Source: Candidatus Tepidifontimicrobium thermophilum (lineage in GTDB: Bacteria > Sysuimicrobiota > Sysuimicrobiia > Sysuimicrobiales > Sysuimicrobiaceae). From it: a stretch of DNA of 64,000 nt. Under the pieces are notes generated by a model. The model did not search any database and was not told where the DNA came from. It saw only the letters and a list, made by a program, of their open reading frames with translations. Shown piece by piece: positions 40,255-49,678 of this stretch. A program made the position numbers and the translations under genes. Location of the stretch: NCBI GenBank assembly GCA_031459915.1, contig JAVKHO010000010.1, positions 1 to 64,000 of the forward strand. Direction: 5' to 3'. How positions within the stretch are numbered: position 1 is the first letter of the stretch; each line of letters starts with the position of its first letter.

Positions 40255-41814
40255 GTGTCCGTGACCGTGAAGACCCCGCCGAGGCTGCAGTCGCTCCGCG
40301 ACACCGTGGAGTGGCTGCGGGAGGAAGGCCTGCTGCTGGAGACCGAGGTGGAGGTGGATCCCGACCTGGAGATCACGGGGATCCAGAAACACCTGGACGG
40401 TAGCTACCCGATCCTGTTCCGGAAAGTGAAGGGCTACCCGGACTACGAGGTGGTCACCAACCTGTTCGCCAACATGGACGTGGTGGACCGGCTGTTCGGA
40501 TGGGACGGCCCCCGCGACCGGACCCGCAAGCTAGCGTACGCCATCACCCACCCCATCCCGCCCGTGGAGGTGCCGCAGGAGGAGGCGCCCTGCCAGGAGG
40601 AGGTGATCACCACGGACCTGGAGGTGAACCGGTACGTGGTGGCCATCCGGCACACGGAGCTGGAGAGCGAACGCACCATCGGCAGCGGCAACAGCGTGGT
40701 GGTGGGGCCGTACTTCCGGGGCGGCAGCCACATCGGCTACAACCGGATGAACGCCCGGTGGGGCAACGTGTGCACCTTCCAGGCCGCGCCGGGGTCCCAC
40801 ATGTGGCAGGTGATCACCGAGCACTACCACGACGACCGCCCCATCCCCCTCACCATGTGCTTCGGGGTCCCGCCCGCGGCCACCCTCATTGCGGGCAGTG
40901 GCTTCGACTACGTGATCCTGCCCATGGGTGCGGACGAACTGGGGGCCGCGGGCGCGGTCCAGGGCTTCCCCCTGCGCATCGTGAAGGCCCGCACGGTGGA
41001 CGCGTGGGCCCTGGCGGACTGCGACCTGGTCCTGGAGGGCTACCTGCACCCCCGGGACAAGCGGTTCGAGACCGCGGAGGCGGAAGCCGCGGGGGTCCAG
41101 GGCAAGTACCCCTTCCACCCCGAGTGGGCGGGGTACATGGGCAAGGCCTACCGGGCGCCCACCTTCCACGTGACCGCCATTACCCGCCGGCGCCGCACCA
41201 AGCCCATCTTCTACGTCCTGGGGGTGCACACCCTGGACGACAACAACATCGACACCACCGTGCGGGAGGCCGCCATCTTCGAGCTGTGCGAGCGGCTGCA
41301 GCCCGGGCTCATCCACGACGTGCACATCCCGTACTGCATGACCGACTGGGGGGGCTGCATCCTGCAGGTCAAGAAGCGCAACCGGCTGGACGACGGGTTC
41401 GTACGCAACTTCCTGGTCGCCACCATGGCCACCAGCTTCGGGATGCGTCTGGCCATCGCGGTGGACGCGGACGTGGACATCTACAGCATGGACGAGATCC
41501 TGTGGGCCCTTACGACCCGGGTGAACCCCCGCAGCGACATCCTGAACCCCGTGCCGGGCGGGGCCGGGCAGACCTTCGTGCCTGCGGAGCGCCTCACCGC
41601 GGGCGAGCAGGCGTGGACCGCTATGAACATCCGGTTCGAGGGCGGCCTGGCCATCGACGCCACAGTACCCTACGGGTACGAGAAGGACTTCCAGCGGCCC
41701 GTCTACCCCGTGCACCGCGTGGACCTGAAGCGCTTCTTCACCGACGAACAGATCGCGCGGGGCAGATCCGTGATGCGGGGGTGGGTGGAGTTGTTGAGCC
41801 GCACGGGCCGGTAG
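40255..41814 (+). CDS. UbiD-family decarboxylase, o-phthaloyl-CoA decarboxylase-like
   Basis: Motifs as I recall them from PCD/PhtDa: DLEITGIQK, GGSHIGYNRM, PGSHMWQV, HPEWAGYMGKAY, PYCMTDWGGC, IDATVPYGYE, C-terminal RTGR; adjacent CoA-transferase pair and ubiX. Confidence 0.85.
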   Translation: MSVTVKTPPRLQSLRDTVEWLREEGLLLETEVEVDPDLEITGIQKHLDGSYPILFRKVKGYPDYEVVTNLFANMDVVDRLFGWDGPRDRTRKLAYAITHPIPPVEVPQEEAPCQEEVITTDLEVNRYVVAIRHTELESERTIGSGNSVVVGPYFRGGSHIGYNRMNARWGNVCTFQAAPGSHMWQVITEHYHDDRPIPLTMCFGVPPAATLIAGSGFDYVILPMGADELGAAGAVQGFPLRIVKARTVDAWALADCDLVLEGYLHPRDKRFETAEAEAAGVQGKYPFHPEWAGYMGKAYRAPTFHVTAITRRRRTKPIFYVLGVHTLDDNNIDTTVREAAIFELCERLQPGLIHDVHIPYCMTDWGGCILQVKKRNRLDDGFVRNFLVATMATSFGMRLAIAVDADVDIYSMDEILWALTTRVNPRSDILNPVPGGAGQTFVPAERLTAGEQAWTAMNIRFEGGLAIDATVPYGYEKDFQRPVYPVHRVDLKRFFTDEQIARGRSVMRGWVELLSRTGR

Positions 41815-41836
41815 ACCCTAGGCCGGGAGGGCAGAG

Positions 41837-43324
41837 GTGGAGGGAACTGTACCGCAGGACCTGCGGGAGTGGCTCCACCGGGTGGCAGAAGCGGGCGAGC
41901 TGGCGGTGGTGGACGCGGAGGTGGACTGGGACCAGGAGATGGCCGCCATCACCTACCTGTGGGCCCGGCGGCCCGGTGCACCGGCCCTGTTGTTCCGCCG
42001 GGTCCGCGGCTACCGGGACCGCGCCAGCTGCCTGTGGAACCTCCTGGGCTCCAGCCTGCGGCGCATGGCCATCACCCTGGGCGCACCGTTGGACAGCACC
42101 GCCCTGGACCTGGTGCGCCACGCCCGCCAGCTGTTCCGCCGCAAGATCCCTCCGGTGTGGGTGGACCCGCAGCAGGCCCCGGTGTACGAGAACCAGCGGG
42201 TGGGCGAGGAGGTGGATGTCCTGAGCCTGCCGGTGCCCAAGCACTGGCCCCGGGACGGCGGCCGCTACGGCGGCACCTTCGACGTGGTCCTCACCCGGGA
42301 CCCGGAAGCCGGGTGGGTCAACGTGGGCACCTACCGCATGATGGTGCACGACCGCAACCACGTGGGCCTGTACGTGTCCCCGGGTAAGGACGCGCGGCTG
42401 CACATCGAGCGGGCGTGGCAACGTGGGGAGGCCGTGGAGGTGGTGGCCTGCTGGGGCGTGCCTCCCGCGTGGCTGGCGGTCTCCTCCCAGGGGTTTCCGA
42501 AGACGGAGTCGGAGCTGGACTACATCGGCGGGGTGCTGGGCCGTCCCTTGGAGCTGGTGCCCGGCCGCACCACCTCGCTGCCGGTCCCCGCGCGGGCGGA
42601 GGTGGCGCTGGAGGGGGTGATCCGCCCCGGCGCCACCCGGCTGGAGGGACCGTTCGGGGAGTTCACGGGGTACTACGGCCGGCCGGAGGACCAGGCCTTC
42701 CTGGTGGAGGTCACCGCGCTGCACCACCGCCACCGGCCCATCCTCACCAACGCCCTGATGGCCGACTACCCGTCCAACGAGCAGGCGGTGCTGTTCGCGG
42801 TAGCCCGGTCTGCCCGCATCTGGGAGGACCTGGAGCGTCTGGGTGTACCCGGGATCCGCGGGGTCTGGGCGCACCCCGCGGCCGCGGGCGGCTTCGGGGT
42901 CACCGTGGTGTCCCTGGAGCAGCGGTACGCGGGCCACGCGCCGCAGGTGCTGGCGCTGGCGGCCCAGTGCCCGGGCGGGGCCTACTACACCAAGTGGGTC
43001 ATCGCGGTGGACGAGGACGTGGACCCCTCGGACACCGACCAGGTCCTGTGGGCGCTGTCCACCCGCTGCAACCCCGCGGAGGACATCGACATCCTGCGGC
43101 AGACCTGGTCCACGTGGCTGGACCCCACGCAGAACCCGCCGGAGGAGCGTCCGTACGGGTCCAAGGCCCTGATCAACGCCTGCAAGGAGCACCGCTACCT
43201 GCACCAGTTCGCGCCGCGCACCCGGCTGGCCCGCAGCGTGTACGAGCGGGTACGGAGCCGGTGGGCGGAGCTCGGGCTCGGAGGCCAGCCGCCCTCGGTG
43301 GTGTCCTTAGAGGAGGACCGCTAG
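41837..43324 (+). CDS. UbiD-family prFMN (de)carboxylase 2
   Basis: DGGRY, NVGTYRM, EGPFGEFTGYY, VDEDVD, WALSTRCNP. Confidence 0.92.
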   Translation: MEGTVPQDLREWLHRVAEAGELAVVDAEVDWDQEMAAITYLWARRPGAPALLFRRVRGYRDRASCLWNLLGSSLRRMAITLGAPLDSTALDLVRHARQLFRRKIPPVWVDPQQAPVYENQRVGEEVDVLSLPVPKHWPRDGGRYGGTFDVVLTRDPEAGWVNVGTYRMMVHDRNHVGLYVSPGKDARLHIERAWQRGEAVEVVACWGVPPAWLAVSSQGFPKTESELDYIGGVLGRPLELVPGRTTSLPVPARAEVALEGVIRPGATRLEGPFGEFTGYYGRPEDQAFLVEVTALHHRHRPILTNALMADYPSNEQAVLFAVARSARIWEDLERLGVPGIRGVWAHPAAAGGFGVTVVSLEQRYAGHAPQVLALAAQCPGGAYYTKWVIAVDEDVDPSDTDQVLWALSTRCNPAEDIDILRQTWSTWLDPTQNPPEERPYGSKALINACKEHRYLHQFAPRTRLARSVYERVRSRWAELGLGGQPPSVVSLEEDR

Positions 43325-43836
43325 TGGACCCCGGCGGGCTGCGCGAGAAGGTGCGCGCCTACTTGGGCGCCCATCGGGTCCTGGTCCTGTGTACCCACGG
43401 CCCCGAGGGTCCCTGGGCGAGCCCCGTGTACTACGCCTCGGACTCCAGCCTGTCCCTGTACTTCTTCTCCGACCCCGAAACCCGACACGGCCGCAACCTG
43501 GCCCGGAGGGGATGGGCCAGCGGCGCGGTCACGGAGGAGTACGAGCGCTGGGAGGAGATCCAGGGCGTCCAGCTGGAGGGGCCCGTGGACGTGCTCACGG
43601 GGCCGGAGCGGGAGGAAGCCCTGCGCGTGTACCTGTGCAAGTACCCGTGGGCCCGGGCCTTCCTCTCGCCCGACGGCGCGTTCTTCGCCGCGGTGGGGAA
43701 CAAGGTGGCGCTGTACCGCCTGCGGCCGGTCCGCGTGGGGTTCACCGATAACCGACAGGGTTTCGGACACCGCGACTGGTTGGAGTTCTCGGAGTCGACC
43801 ACACCAGAGGGGAGGAGTGAGGGACCATGGCTGTGA
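43324..43836 (+). CDS. PNPOx-like FMN-binding split-barrel protein
   Basis: PWASPVYY, YFFS..TRHGRN, IQGVQLEG, FTDN..GFG. Confidence 0.82.
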   Translation: MDPGGLREKVRAYLGAHRVLVLCTHGPEGPWASPVYYASDSSLSLYFFSDPETRHGRNLARRGWASGAVTEEYERWEEIQGVQLEGPVDVLTGPEREEALRVYLCKYPWARAFLSPDGAFFAAVGNKVALYRLRPVRVGFTDNRQGFGHRDWLEFSESTTPEGRSEGPWL

Positions 43837-45278
43837 CGGTGCCGAAGACCGCGGGCTCCCTGGACGCGCGCGACTGGCTCCGCCAGGTGGAGGCGCTGGG
43901 CGAGCTGCAGGTGGTACGGGGGGCGTCCTGGGATCTGGAGATCGGGGTAATCACCGAGGAGGTGCAGAAGCGCCGGAACCCGCCGGGGCCGGCGGTACTG
44001 TTCGACGAAGTCCCTGGGTATCCCGCCGGGTACCGGGTGTTGGTGAACACCCTGGGTTCCCCGCGGCGCCTGGCCCTGACCCTCGGCCTGCCGACGGACG
44101 CCACCGACCGGGAGCTGGTGTCCCTGTGGCGCAAGCGGAGCCGGGAGATCCAGCCGATCCCGCCCGTGGAGGTGCCGGATGGCCCGGTCCTGGAGAACGT
44201 GCTGGAGGGGGACGCGGTGGACCTGCTGCGGTTCCCCGTGCCCCGGTGGCACGAGCGCGACGGCGGGCGGTACATCGGCACCGGCAGCGTGAACATCACC
44301 CGGGACCCCGACGACGGCACCCTGAACGCCGGCACCTACCGCGTCATGGTCCGCGACGCGAGGAGCGCGTTTTTCTACGTCTCACCGGGCAAGCACGGCC
44401 GGATCCACCGGGACAAGTACTTCAGCCGGGGCGAGCCCTGCCCCGTGGTGGTGTGCGCGGGCCACCACCCCCTGGTGTTCCTGGCGGGGAGCCTGGAGCT
44501 CCCCTACGGGCTCAACGAACTGGCTTGGGTGGGCGGGGTGGTGGGCGAGCCGGTGAAGGTGGTGCGGGGGCGGTACACGGGGCTGCCGTTCCCGGCGGAG
44601 GCGGAGATCGCCTTCGAGGGCTTCGCCTACCCGGACCGGTTCGAGCCGGAGGGGCCCTTCGGCGAGTGGACGGGCTACTATGCGTCCTCCGCCCGGCCCG
44701 AGCCGTGGATCGAGGTGAAGGCCGTCTACCACCGCAACGACCCCATCCTCCTGGGATCCCCGCCCGGGAAGCCGCCCACGGAGCTCACGTACTACCGCGC
44801 GGTGTTGCGGTCCGCCCTCATCGAGGAAGCCCTGGAGAAGGCCGGGGTGCCGGACGTGACGGGCGTGTGGTGCCACGAGGCGGGCGGGTCCCGGCTGCTG
44901 GTGGTGGTGGGCGTCCGGCAGCGCTACGCAGGCCACGCCAAGCAGGCAGCCCTGGCGGCGCTGAGCTCGCACCCCGGCAACTACCTGGGCCGCTACGTGG
45001 TGGTGGTGGACGAGGACGTGGACGTCACCGACCTGCAGGAGGTCATGTGGGCGGTGTGCACCCGCTCGGACCCCGAGGAGTCCATCGACATCGTGCGGCG
45101 CTGCTGGAGCGGTCCTTTGGACCCCCGCATCCCTCCGGACCGCAAGGGGTTCAACTCCCGCGCGGTGATCGACGCCACCCGTCCCTTCGAGTGGAAGGAC
45201 CGGTTCCCGCCCGTGGCCTGCTCCAGCCCCGAAGTCCGGGAGCGGGTGCTGGCCAAGTGGGCGGAGGTCCTGCGGTAG
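43827..45278 (+). CDS. UbiD-family prFMN (de)carboxylase 3
   Basis: DGGRYIGT, NAGTYR, EGPFGEWTGYY, VDEDVD, IDATRP. Confidence 0.92.
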   Translation: MAVTVPKTAGSLDARDWLRQVEALGELQVVRGASWDLEIGVITEEVQKRRNPPGPAVLFDEVPGYPAGYRVLVNTLGSPRRLALTLGLPTDATDRELVSLWRKRSREIQPIPPVEVPDGPVLENVLEGDAVDLLRFPVPRWHERDGGRYIGTGSVNITRDPDDGTLNAGTYRVMVRDARSAFFYVSPGKHGRIHRDKYFSRGEPCPVVVCAGHHPLVFLAGSLELPYGLNELAWVGGVVGEPVKVVRGRYTGLPFPAEAEIAFEGFAYPDRFEPEGPFGEWTGYYASSARPEPWIEVKAVYHRNDPILLGSPPGKPPTELTYYRAVLRSALIEEALEKAGVPDVTGVWCHEAGGSRLLVVVGVRQRYAGHAKQAALAALSSHPGNYLGRYVVVVDEDVDVTDLQEVMWAVCTRSDPEESIDIVRRCWSGPLDPRIPPDRKGFNSRAVIDATRPFEWKDRFPPVACSSPEVRERVLAKWAEVLR

Positions 45279-45285
45279 GGCAGCC

Positions 45286-46689
45286 ATGCCGGCGGACATG
45301 CGCACGTGGATCGCCCAGCTGGAGGAGGCTGGGGAACTGGTGCGGGTGCGCAGGCCCGTGGACCCCCGCACGGAGATGGGAGCTGTGCTGTACCAGTCCC
45401 GGGAGAAAGCCCTGCTGTTCGAGAACCTGGTAGGCTACCCGGGGTGGCGCAGCCTGGGCATGGCGCCCGCGAACCTGCGTCACGCGGCGCTGGCGTACGG
45501 CACCTCCCTGCAGCGCCTCACCCCCACCGCGGCCGAGCGGTCTCAGCGCCGGATCCCCACGCAGCGGGTAGCCTCCGGCCCCGTGAAGGAGGTGGTGTGG
45601 AAGGGCACGGAGGCGGACGTGACCCGGCTGCCCGTGCACGTCAACGGCAGCGAGGAGCCGCCCTACATCGCCTCGGGCCTGGTCGTCTGCCGGGATCCGG
45701 CCACGGGCAAGCGCAACGTGGCCTTCCACCGCCTGCAGGTGAAGGGCCCGCGCAAGCTGGGGATCCTCATGGTGCCGCGGCACACCCGCCGGATCTACGA
45801 CGCGTACGAGGCCGCGGGCGAGGCGATGCCCGTGGCCATCTACATCGGCCACCACCCGCTGCACTATATGGCGGCCGCCACCAGCGGGCCCTTCGAGATG
45901 GACGAGCTGGAACTGGCGGGCGGCCTGCTGGGCGAGCCGGTCCAGGTGGTCCGGTGCGAGACCAACGACCTGGAGGTCCCCGCGGACGCGGAGATCGTGC
46001 TGGAGGGGAAGGTCCTGCCCCACGTGCGGGAGCCGGAAGGGCCGTTTTCGGAGTTCCACGACTACTACGTGGCGGGGATGGGCCACAACCCCGTGGTGGA
46101 GGTGGACTGCATCACCCTGCGGCAGGACGCCATCTACAAGGCGGTGCAGAACGGGTCGGAGGTCGAGGGCTGCGTGTTCCACAAGGTGCCCCTGGCGGCG
46201 AGCATCTACAACCACATCCGGAGCATCGCCGGACACGTGGACCTGCACAACGTGGTGGTGCTGCCCGGGATCTTCGGGGTGGTGGTGCAGATGACGCCCC
46301 GCTTCTGGGGCGAGGCCAAGCAGGTCCTCATGGGCGTGCTCAGTGGCCCCGTGCTGCACCCCAAGGTCGCCATCGCGGTGGACGAGGACGTGGACCCTTA
46401 CCAGCCCTGGGAGGTCCTGTGGGCTGTCAACACCCGCTGCAACCCCGAGACGGACGTGGTGGTGGTCCCCGGCGTACGGGCACACCCCATGGACCCCTCC
46501 GCGCGGGAGCTGGTGCCTCCCGGCGGCCCGTACTGGAACCGGGTGGGCGGCAAGCTCCTCATCGACGCCACGAAGCCACCCTTGTGCGCGGGGGACGAGG
46601 CGCGCAGGCCCTTCCAGCGGCTGAGGCCCATGGGCTGGGACCGGGTGCGCCTGGAGGACTTTCTCCCCGCGGTCGGGTGTAGGACCTAG
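45286..46689 (+). CDS. UbiD-family prFMN (de)carboxylase 4
   Basis: NVAFHRLQ, EGPFSEFHDYY, HPKVAIAVDEDVD, MDPS, IDATKP. Confidence 0.92.
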   Translation: MPADMRTWIAQLEEAGELVRVRRPVDPRTEMGAVLYQSREKALLFENLVGYPGWRSLGMAPANLRHAALAYGTSLQRLTPTAAERSQRRIPTQRVASGPVKEVVWKGTEADVTRLPVHVNGSEEPPYIASGLVVCRDPATGKRNVAFHRLQVKGPRKLGILMVPRHTRRIYDAYEAAGEAMPVAIYIGHHPLHYMAAATSGPFEMDELELAGGLLGEPVQVVRCETNDLEVPADAEIVLEGKVLPHVREPEGPFSEFHDYYVAGMGHNPVVEVDCITLRQDAIYKAVQNGSEVEGCVFHKVPLAASIYNHIRSIAGHVDLHNVVVLPGIFGVVVQMTPRFWGEAKQVLMGVLSGPVLHPKVAIAVDEDVDPYQPWEVLWAVNTRCNPETDVVVVPGVRAHPMDPSARELVPPGGPYWNRVGGKLLIDATKPPLCAGDEARRPFQRLRPMGWDRVRLEDFLPAVGCRT

Positions 46690-46745
46690 GTCATCCGGCC
46701 CGCGCCGGATTGCCGGAGGACTAGGCCAGAGGTACGAAGGGACTA

Positions 46746-46760
46746 GACTGACCGGTCAGT
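46746..46760. promoter_or_regulatory. Palindromic operator upstream of the hcr-like operon
   Basis: Perfect 14-bp palindrome ACTGACCGGTCAGT (46747-46760), downstream of TTGCCG-N17-TACGAA. Confidence 0.7.
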
Positions 46761-46776
46761 TCAACGGGAGGGTGGG

Positions 46777-47256
46777 ATGGAGCGTGCGGTCCGGCTGAAG
46801 GTGAACGGACAGGAACACCGGGTCCTGGTACCTCCCCACCGCACGCTCCTGGAGGTGCTGCGGGAGGACCTGGGGCTGGTGGGGACCAAGCACGGCTGCG
46901 AGCTGGGGGAGTGCGGGGTCTGCACCGTGCTGGTGGACGGGGAGCCCGCGCTCTCGTGCCTGGTGCTGGCTCACGAGGTCGAAGGCCACGAGGTCACCAC
47001 CGTCGAGGGGCTCGCCACAGACGGCCAGCTGCACCCGGTGCAACGGGCCTTCGTGGAAAGCGGGGCCCTGCAGTGCGGCTACTGCACGCCCGCCATGGTG
47101 CTGGTCACCAAAGCGCTGCTGGACCGTGTCCCCGAGCCGTCCGGCGAGCAGGTGCGGGAGGCGGTGGCGGGCGTGTTCTGCCGCTGCACCGGCTACGTGA
47201 AGATCCTGGAAGCGGTGCAGGCCGCGGCGCGGCGGCTCCGTGAGGCGAGGGCGTAG
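46777..47256 (+). CDS. hcrC: 2x[2Fe-2S] subunit, 4-hydroxybenzoyl-CoA reductase gamma-like
   Basis: GTKHGCELGECGVC, SC, QCGYCTP, CRCTGY. Confidence 0.8.
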   Translation: MERAVRLKVNGQEHRVLVPPHRTLLEVLREDLGLVGTKHGCELGECGVCTVLVDGEPALSCLVLAHEVEGHEVTTVEGLATDGQLHPVQRAFVESGALQCGYCTPAMVLVTKALLDRVPEPSGEQVREAVAGVFCRCTGYVKILEAVQAAARRLREARA

Positions 47257-47258
47257 GG

Positions 47259-49667
47259 ATGCGGGTGCTGGAGGAGCGGGAACGCGTGTTCAGCGTGGTG
47301 GGCCAGCGCCTGCCGCGGGTGGACGGCTGGGCGAAGGTCTCTGGCCGCGCCCAGTACACCGACGACCTCACCCTTCCGGGCATGCTGTTCGGCAAGCTGG
47401 TGCGCAGCACCCACGCCCACGCGAGGCTCGTGTCGGTCAGGCTGGAGCGCGCCCTCAAGGTTCCCGGGGTGGTGGCGGCCATCACGGGCCGGGACGTGCC
47501 GGTTCGCTACAGCGTGTTCCCCGTGGGGCAGGACGAGACCGCGCTGGCGGTGGACCGGGTGCGGTACGTGGGGGAGCCGGTGGCCGCCCTGGCGGCGGTG
47601 GACCCGTACACCGCTGAGGAAGCAGCGCGCCTGGTGGAGGTGGAGTACGAACCGCTGCCGGCCCGCATGGACCTTGAGGAGGCCCTGCGGAACCCGGAGC
47701 CCCGCATCCACGACTCCGGACCGTTCGGCAACGTCCACCGGCTCGCGTCGTTGGAGTTCGGCGACGTGGAGGCGGGCTTCGCGGAAGCCGACCACGTGCG
47801 GGAGGACCTGTTCTTCTACGGAGGCAACACCCACGCGCCCCTGGAGCCGCACAGCGCTCTGGCCTGGTGGGACCCGGGGGCGCGGAAGCTCACCGTGTGG
47901 ACGTCCCACCAGGGGCCCCACTACCTGCACCGGGGACTGGCCAGAGCCCTGGGCCTGGAGGAGCACCAGGTACGGGTCGTGGTGCCTGCGGTGGGCGGAG
48001 GGTTTGGCGGCAAGCTGGACATCTTCCACCACGAGGTGTGTGCCGCCAAGCTCAGCATGCTCACGGGCCGGCCCGTGAAGATCACCCTCACGAGGGAGGA
48101 GGTGTTCTACGCGCACCGGGGAAGGCACCCGGAGCTGCTGCGGATCCGGACCGGGGTGAAGCGGGACGGCCGTATCGTCGCCATGCACGTGGAAGCCTAC
48201 CTGGACGGTGGCGCCTACTGCTCCTTCGGTCCCGCCACCCTGTTGTACGCGGGGACCCAGCAGCCGGTTACCTACCGGATCCCCCACTACCGGTTCCAGG
48301 GGGTCCGGGTGTTCACCAACAAGCCGCCGTGTGGCCCCAAGCGCGGCCACGGCACCCCGCAGGCGCGCTGCGCCCTGGAGGTGCACCTGGACAAGCTGAG
48401 CGAGGATCTGGGCCTGGACCCCGTGGAGCTGCGGCTGCGCAACCTCACAGGGCCCAACGAGCTCACGGTGAACTGGCTGGAGATCACCAGCAACGGGCTG
48501 CGGGCGTGCATCGAGAAGGTGGTGGAGGCCAGCGGGTGGCGCCAGCGGCGGGGCCGGCTGCCCTACGGGCGGGGGCTGGGGTTCGCGTGCAGCGCGTACC
48601 TCACGGGCGCGGGCGGGTCCATCTACTACAGCGACATGCCCCACTCCGAGGTCCACCTGCGGGTGGACCGCTCGGGCGGGGTGACGGTGTACACCATGGC
48701 CACGGAGATCGGGCAGGGGTCGGCCACCGCGGTGGCCACCATCGTGGCGGAGGTCCTGGGATTGCAGCCTCAGGACATCAGCCTGGTGACCTCCGACACG
48801 GATCTCACCCCCATCGACCTCGGCAGCTACAGCAGCCGGGTGACCCTCATGGTGGGGAACGCGGCGTACGAGGCCGCCTGTCGGGCGCGCGACCTCCTGC
48901 TCGACGCGGTGGCCGAACGCCTGCAGGTGCCCCGCAGCCGCCTCGTGGCACAGTCCCGGCGGATCTTCGACCGGGCGACCCCGGAAGTGGGTGCCTCCTT
49001 CGCCCAGGCGGCGCAGTGGGCCGAGGCCAGGTTCGGGTGCCTGGCGACCTCCGGCAGCTACCGGCCCCCGCAGAAGCTGGGGACGTACAAGGGCTCCGGG
49101 GTGGGACCCTCGCCCGCCTACACCTTCTCGGCGTGCGTGGCAGAAGTGCAGGCGGACCCGGAGACCGGAGAGGTGAAGGTGGAACGGGTGTGGGTGGCCC
49201 ACGACATCGGCCGCGCCCTCAACCCGGTTCTGGTGGAGGGGCAGGTGGAGGGCAGCGTGCACATGGCCTTGGGCGAGGCCCTGATGGAGGAGCAGGCGTT
49301 CCGCAAGGAGTTACACCGTGGCCCGTCCTGGCTGGACTACAAGGTGCCCACCGTGTACGAGATGCCGGAGGTGATCACCTTCCTGGTCGAGACCGACGAG
49401 CCCCGGGCCCCCTTTAGCGCCAAGGAGGTGGGCCAGGGTCCTTTGCTGTGCGTGGTACCCGCCATCCTCAACGCCATCGCGGACGCGTTGGAGGTGCGGG
49501 TGGACGAAGTTCCCGCTACGCCCGAGAAGGTGCTCAAGGCTTTGGAGGAACAGCGCAAGGGGCGGACGGGCCGCGTGGGCCCGACCAAGGTGCCGCCGTT
49601 CTCCTTCCCGCCTCCGGAGCGGGTGCCGCGTCCGCAGAGCTGGGAGGAGGCAGCGCAGCCCGCGTAG
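47259..49667 (+). CDS. hcrA: Molybdopterin subunit, xanthine oxidase family, 4-hydroxybenzoyl-CoA reductase alpha-like
   Basis: GGGFGGK, HRGRH, PPCGPKRGHG, DLGSYSSRVT, GQVEG, AKEVGQG. Confidence 0.75.
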   Translation: MRVLEERERVFSVVGQRLPRVDGWAKVSGRAQYTDDLTLPGMLFGKLVRSTHAHARLVSVRLERALKVPGVVAAITGRDVPVRYSVFPVGQDETALAVDRVRYVGEPVAALAAVDPYTAEEAARLVEVEYEPLPARMDLEEALRNPEPRIHDSGPFGNVHRLASLEFGDVEAGFAEADHVREDLFFYGGNTHAPLEPHSALAWWDPGARKLTVWTSHQGPHYLHRGLARALGLEEHQVRVVVPAVGGGFGGKLDIFHHEVCAAKLSMLTGRPVKITLTREEVFYAHRGRHPELLRIRTGVKRDGRIVAMHVEAYLDGGAYCSFGPATLLYAGTQQPVTYRIPHYRFQGVRVFTNKPPCGPKRGHGTPQARCALEVHLDKLSEDLGLDPVELRLRNLTGPNELTVNWLEITSNGLRACIEKVVEASGWRQRRGRLPYGRGLGFACSAYLTGAGGSIYYSDMPHSEVHLRVDRSGGVTVYTMATEIGQGSATAVATIVAEVLGLQPQDISLVTSDTDLTPIDLGSYSSRVTLMVGNAAYEAACRARDLLLDAVAERLQVPRSRLVAQSRRIFDRATPEVGASFAQAAQWAEARFGCLATSGSYRPPQKLGTYKGSGVGPSPAYTFSACVAEVQADPETGEVKVERVWVAHDIGRALNPVLVEGQVEGSVHMALGEALMEEQAFRKELHRGPSWLDYKVPTVYEMPEVITFLVETDEPRAPFSAKEVGQGPLLCVVPAILNAIADALEVRVDEVPATPEKVLKALEEQRKGRTGRVGPTKVPPFSFPPPERVPRPQSWEEAAQPA

Positions 49668-49678
49668 GGGGGAGCCGG

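Noticed and set aside
46694..46711. Hairpin ATCCGGC-CCGC-GCCGGAT after UbiD 4 as intrinsic terminator
   Set aside because: Only a 7-bp stem with no U-tract.
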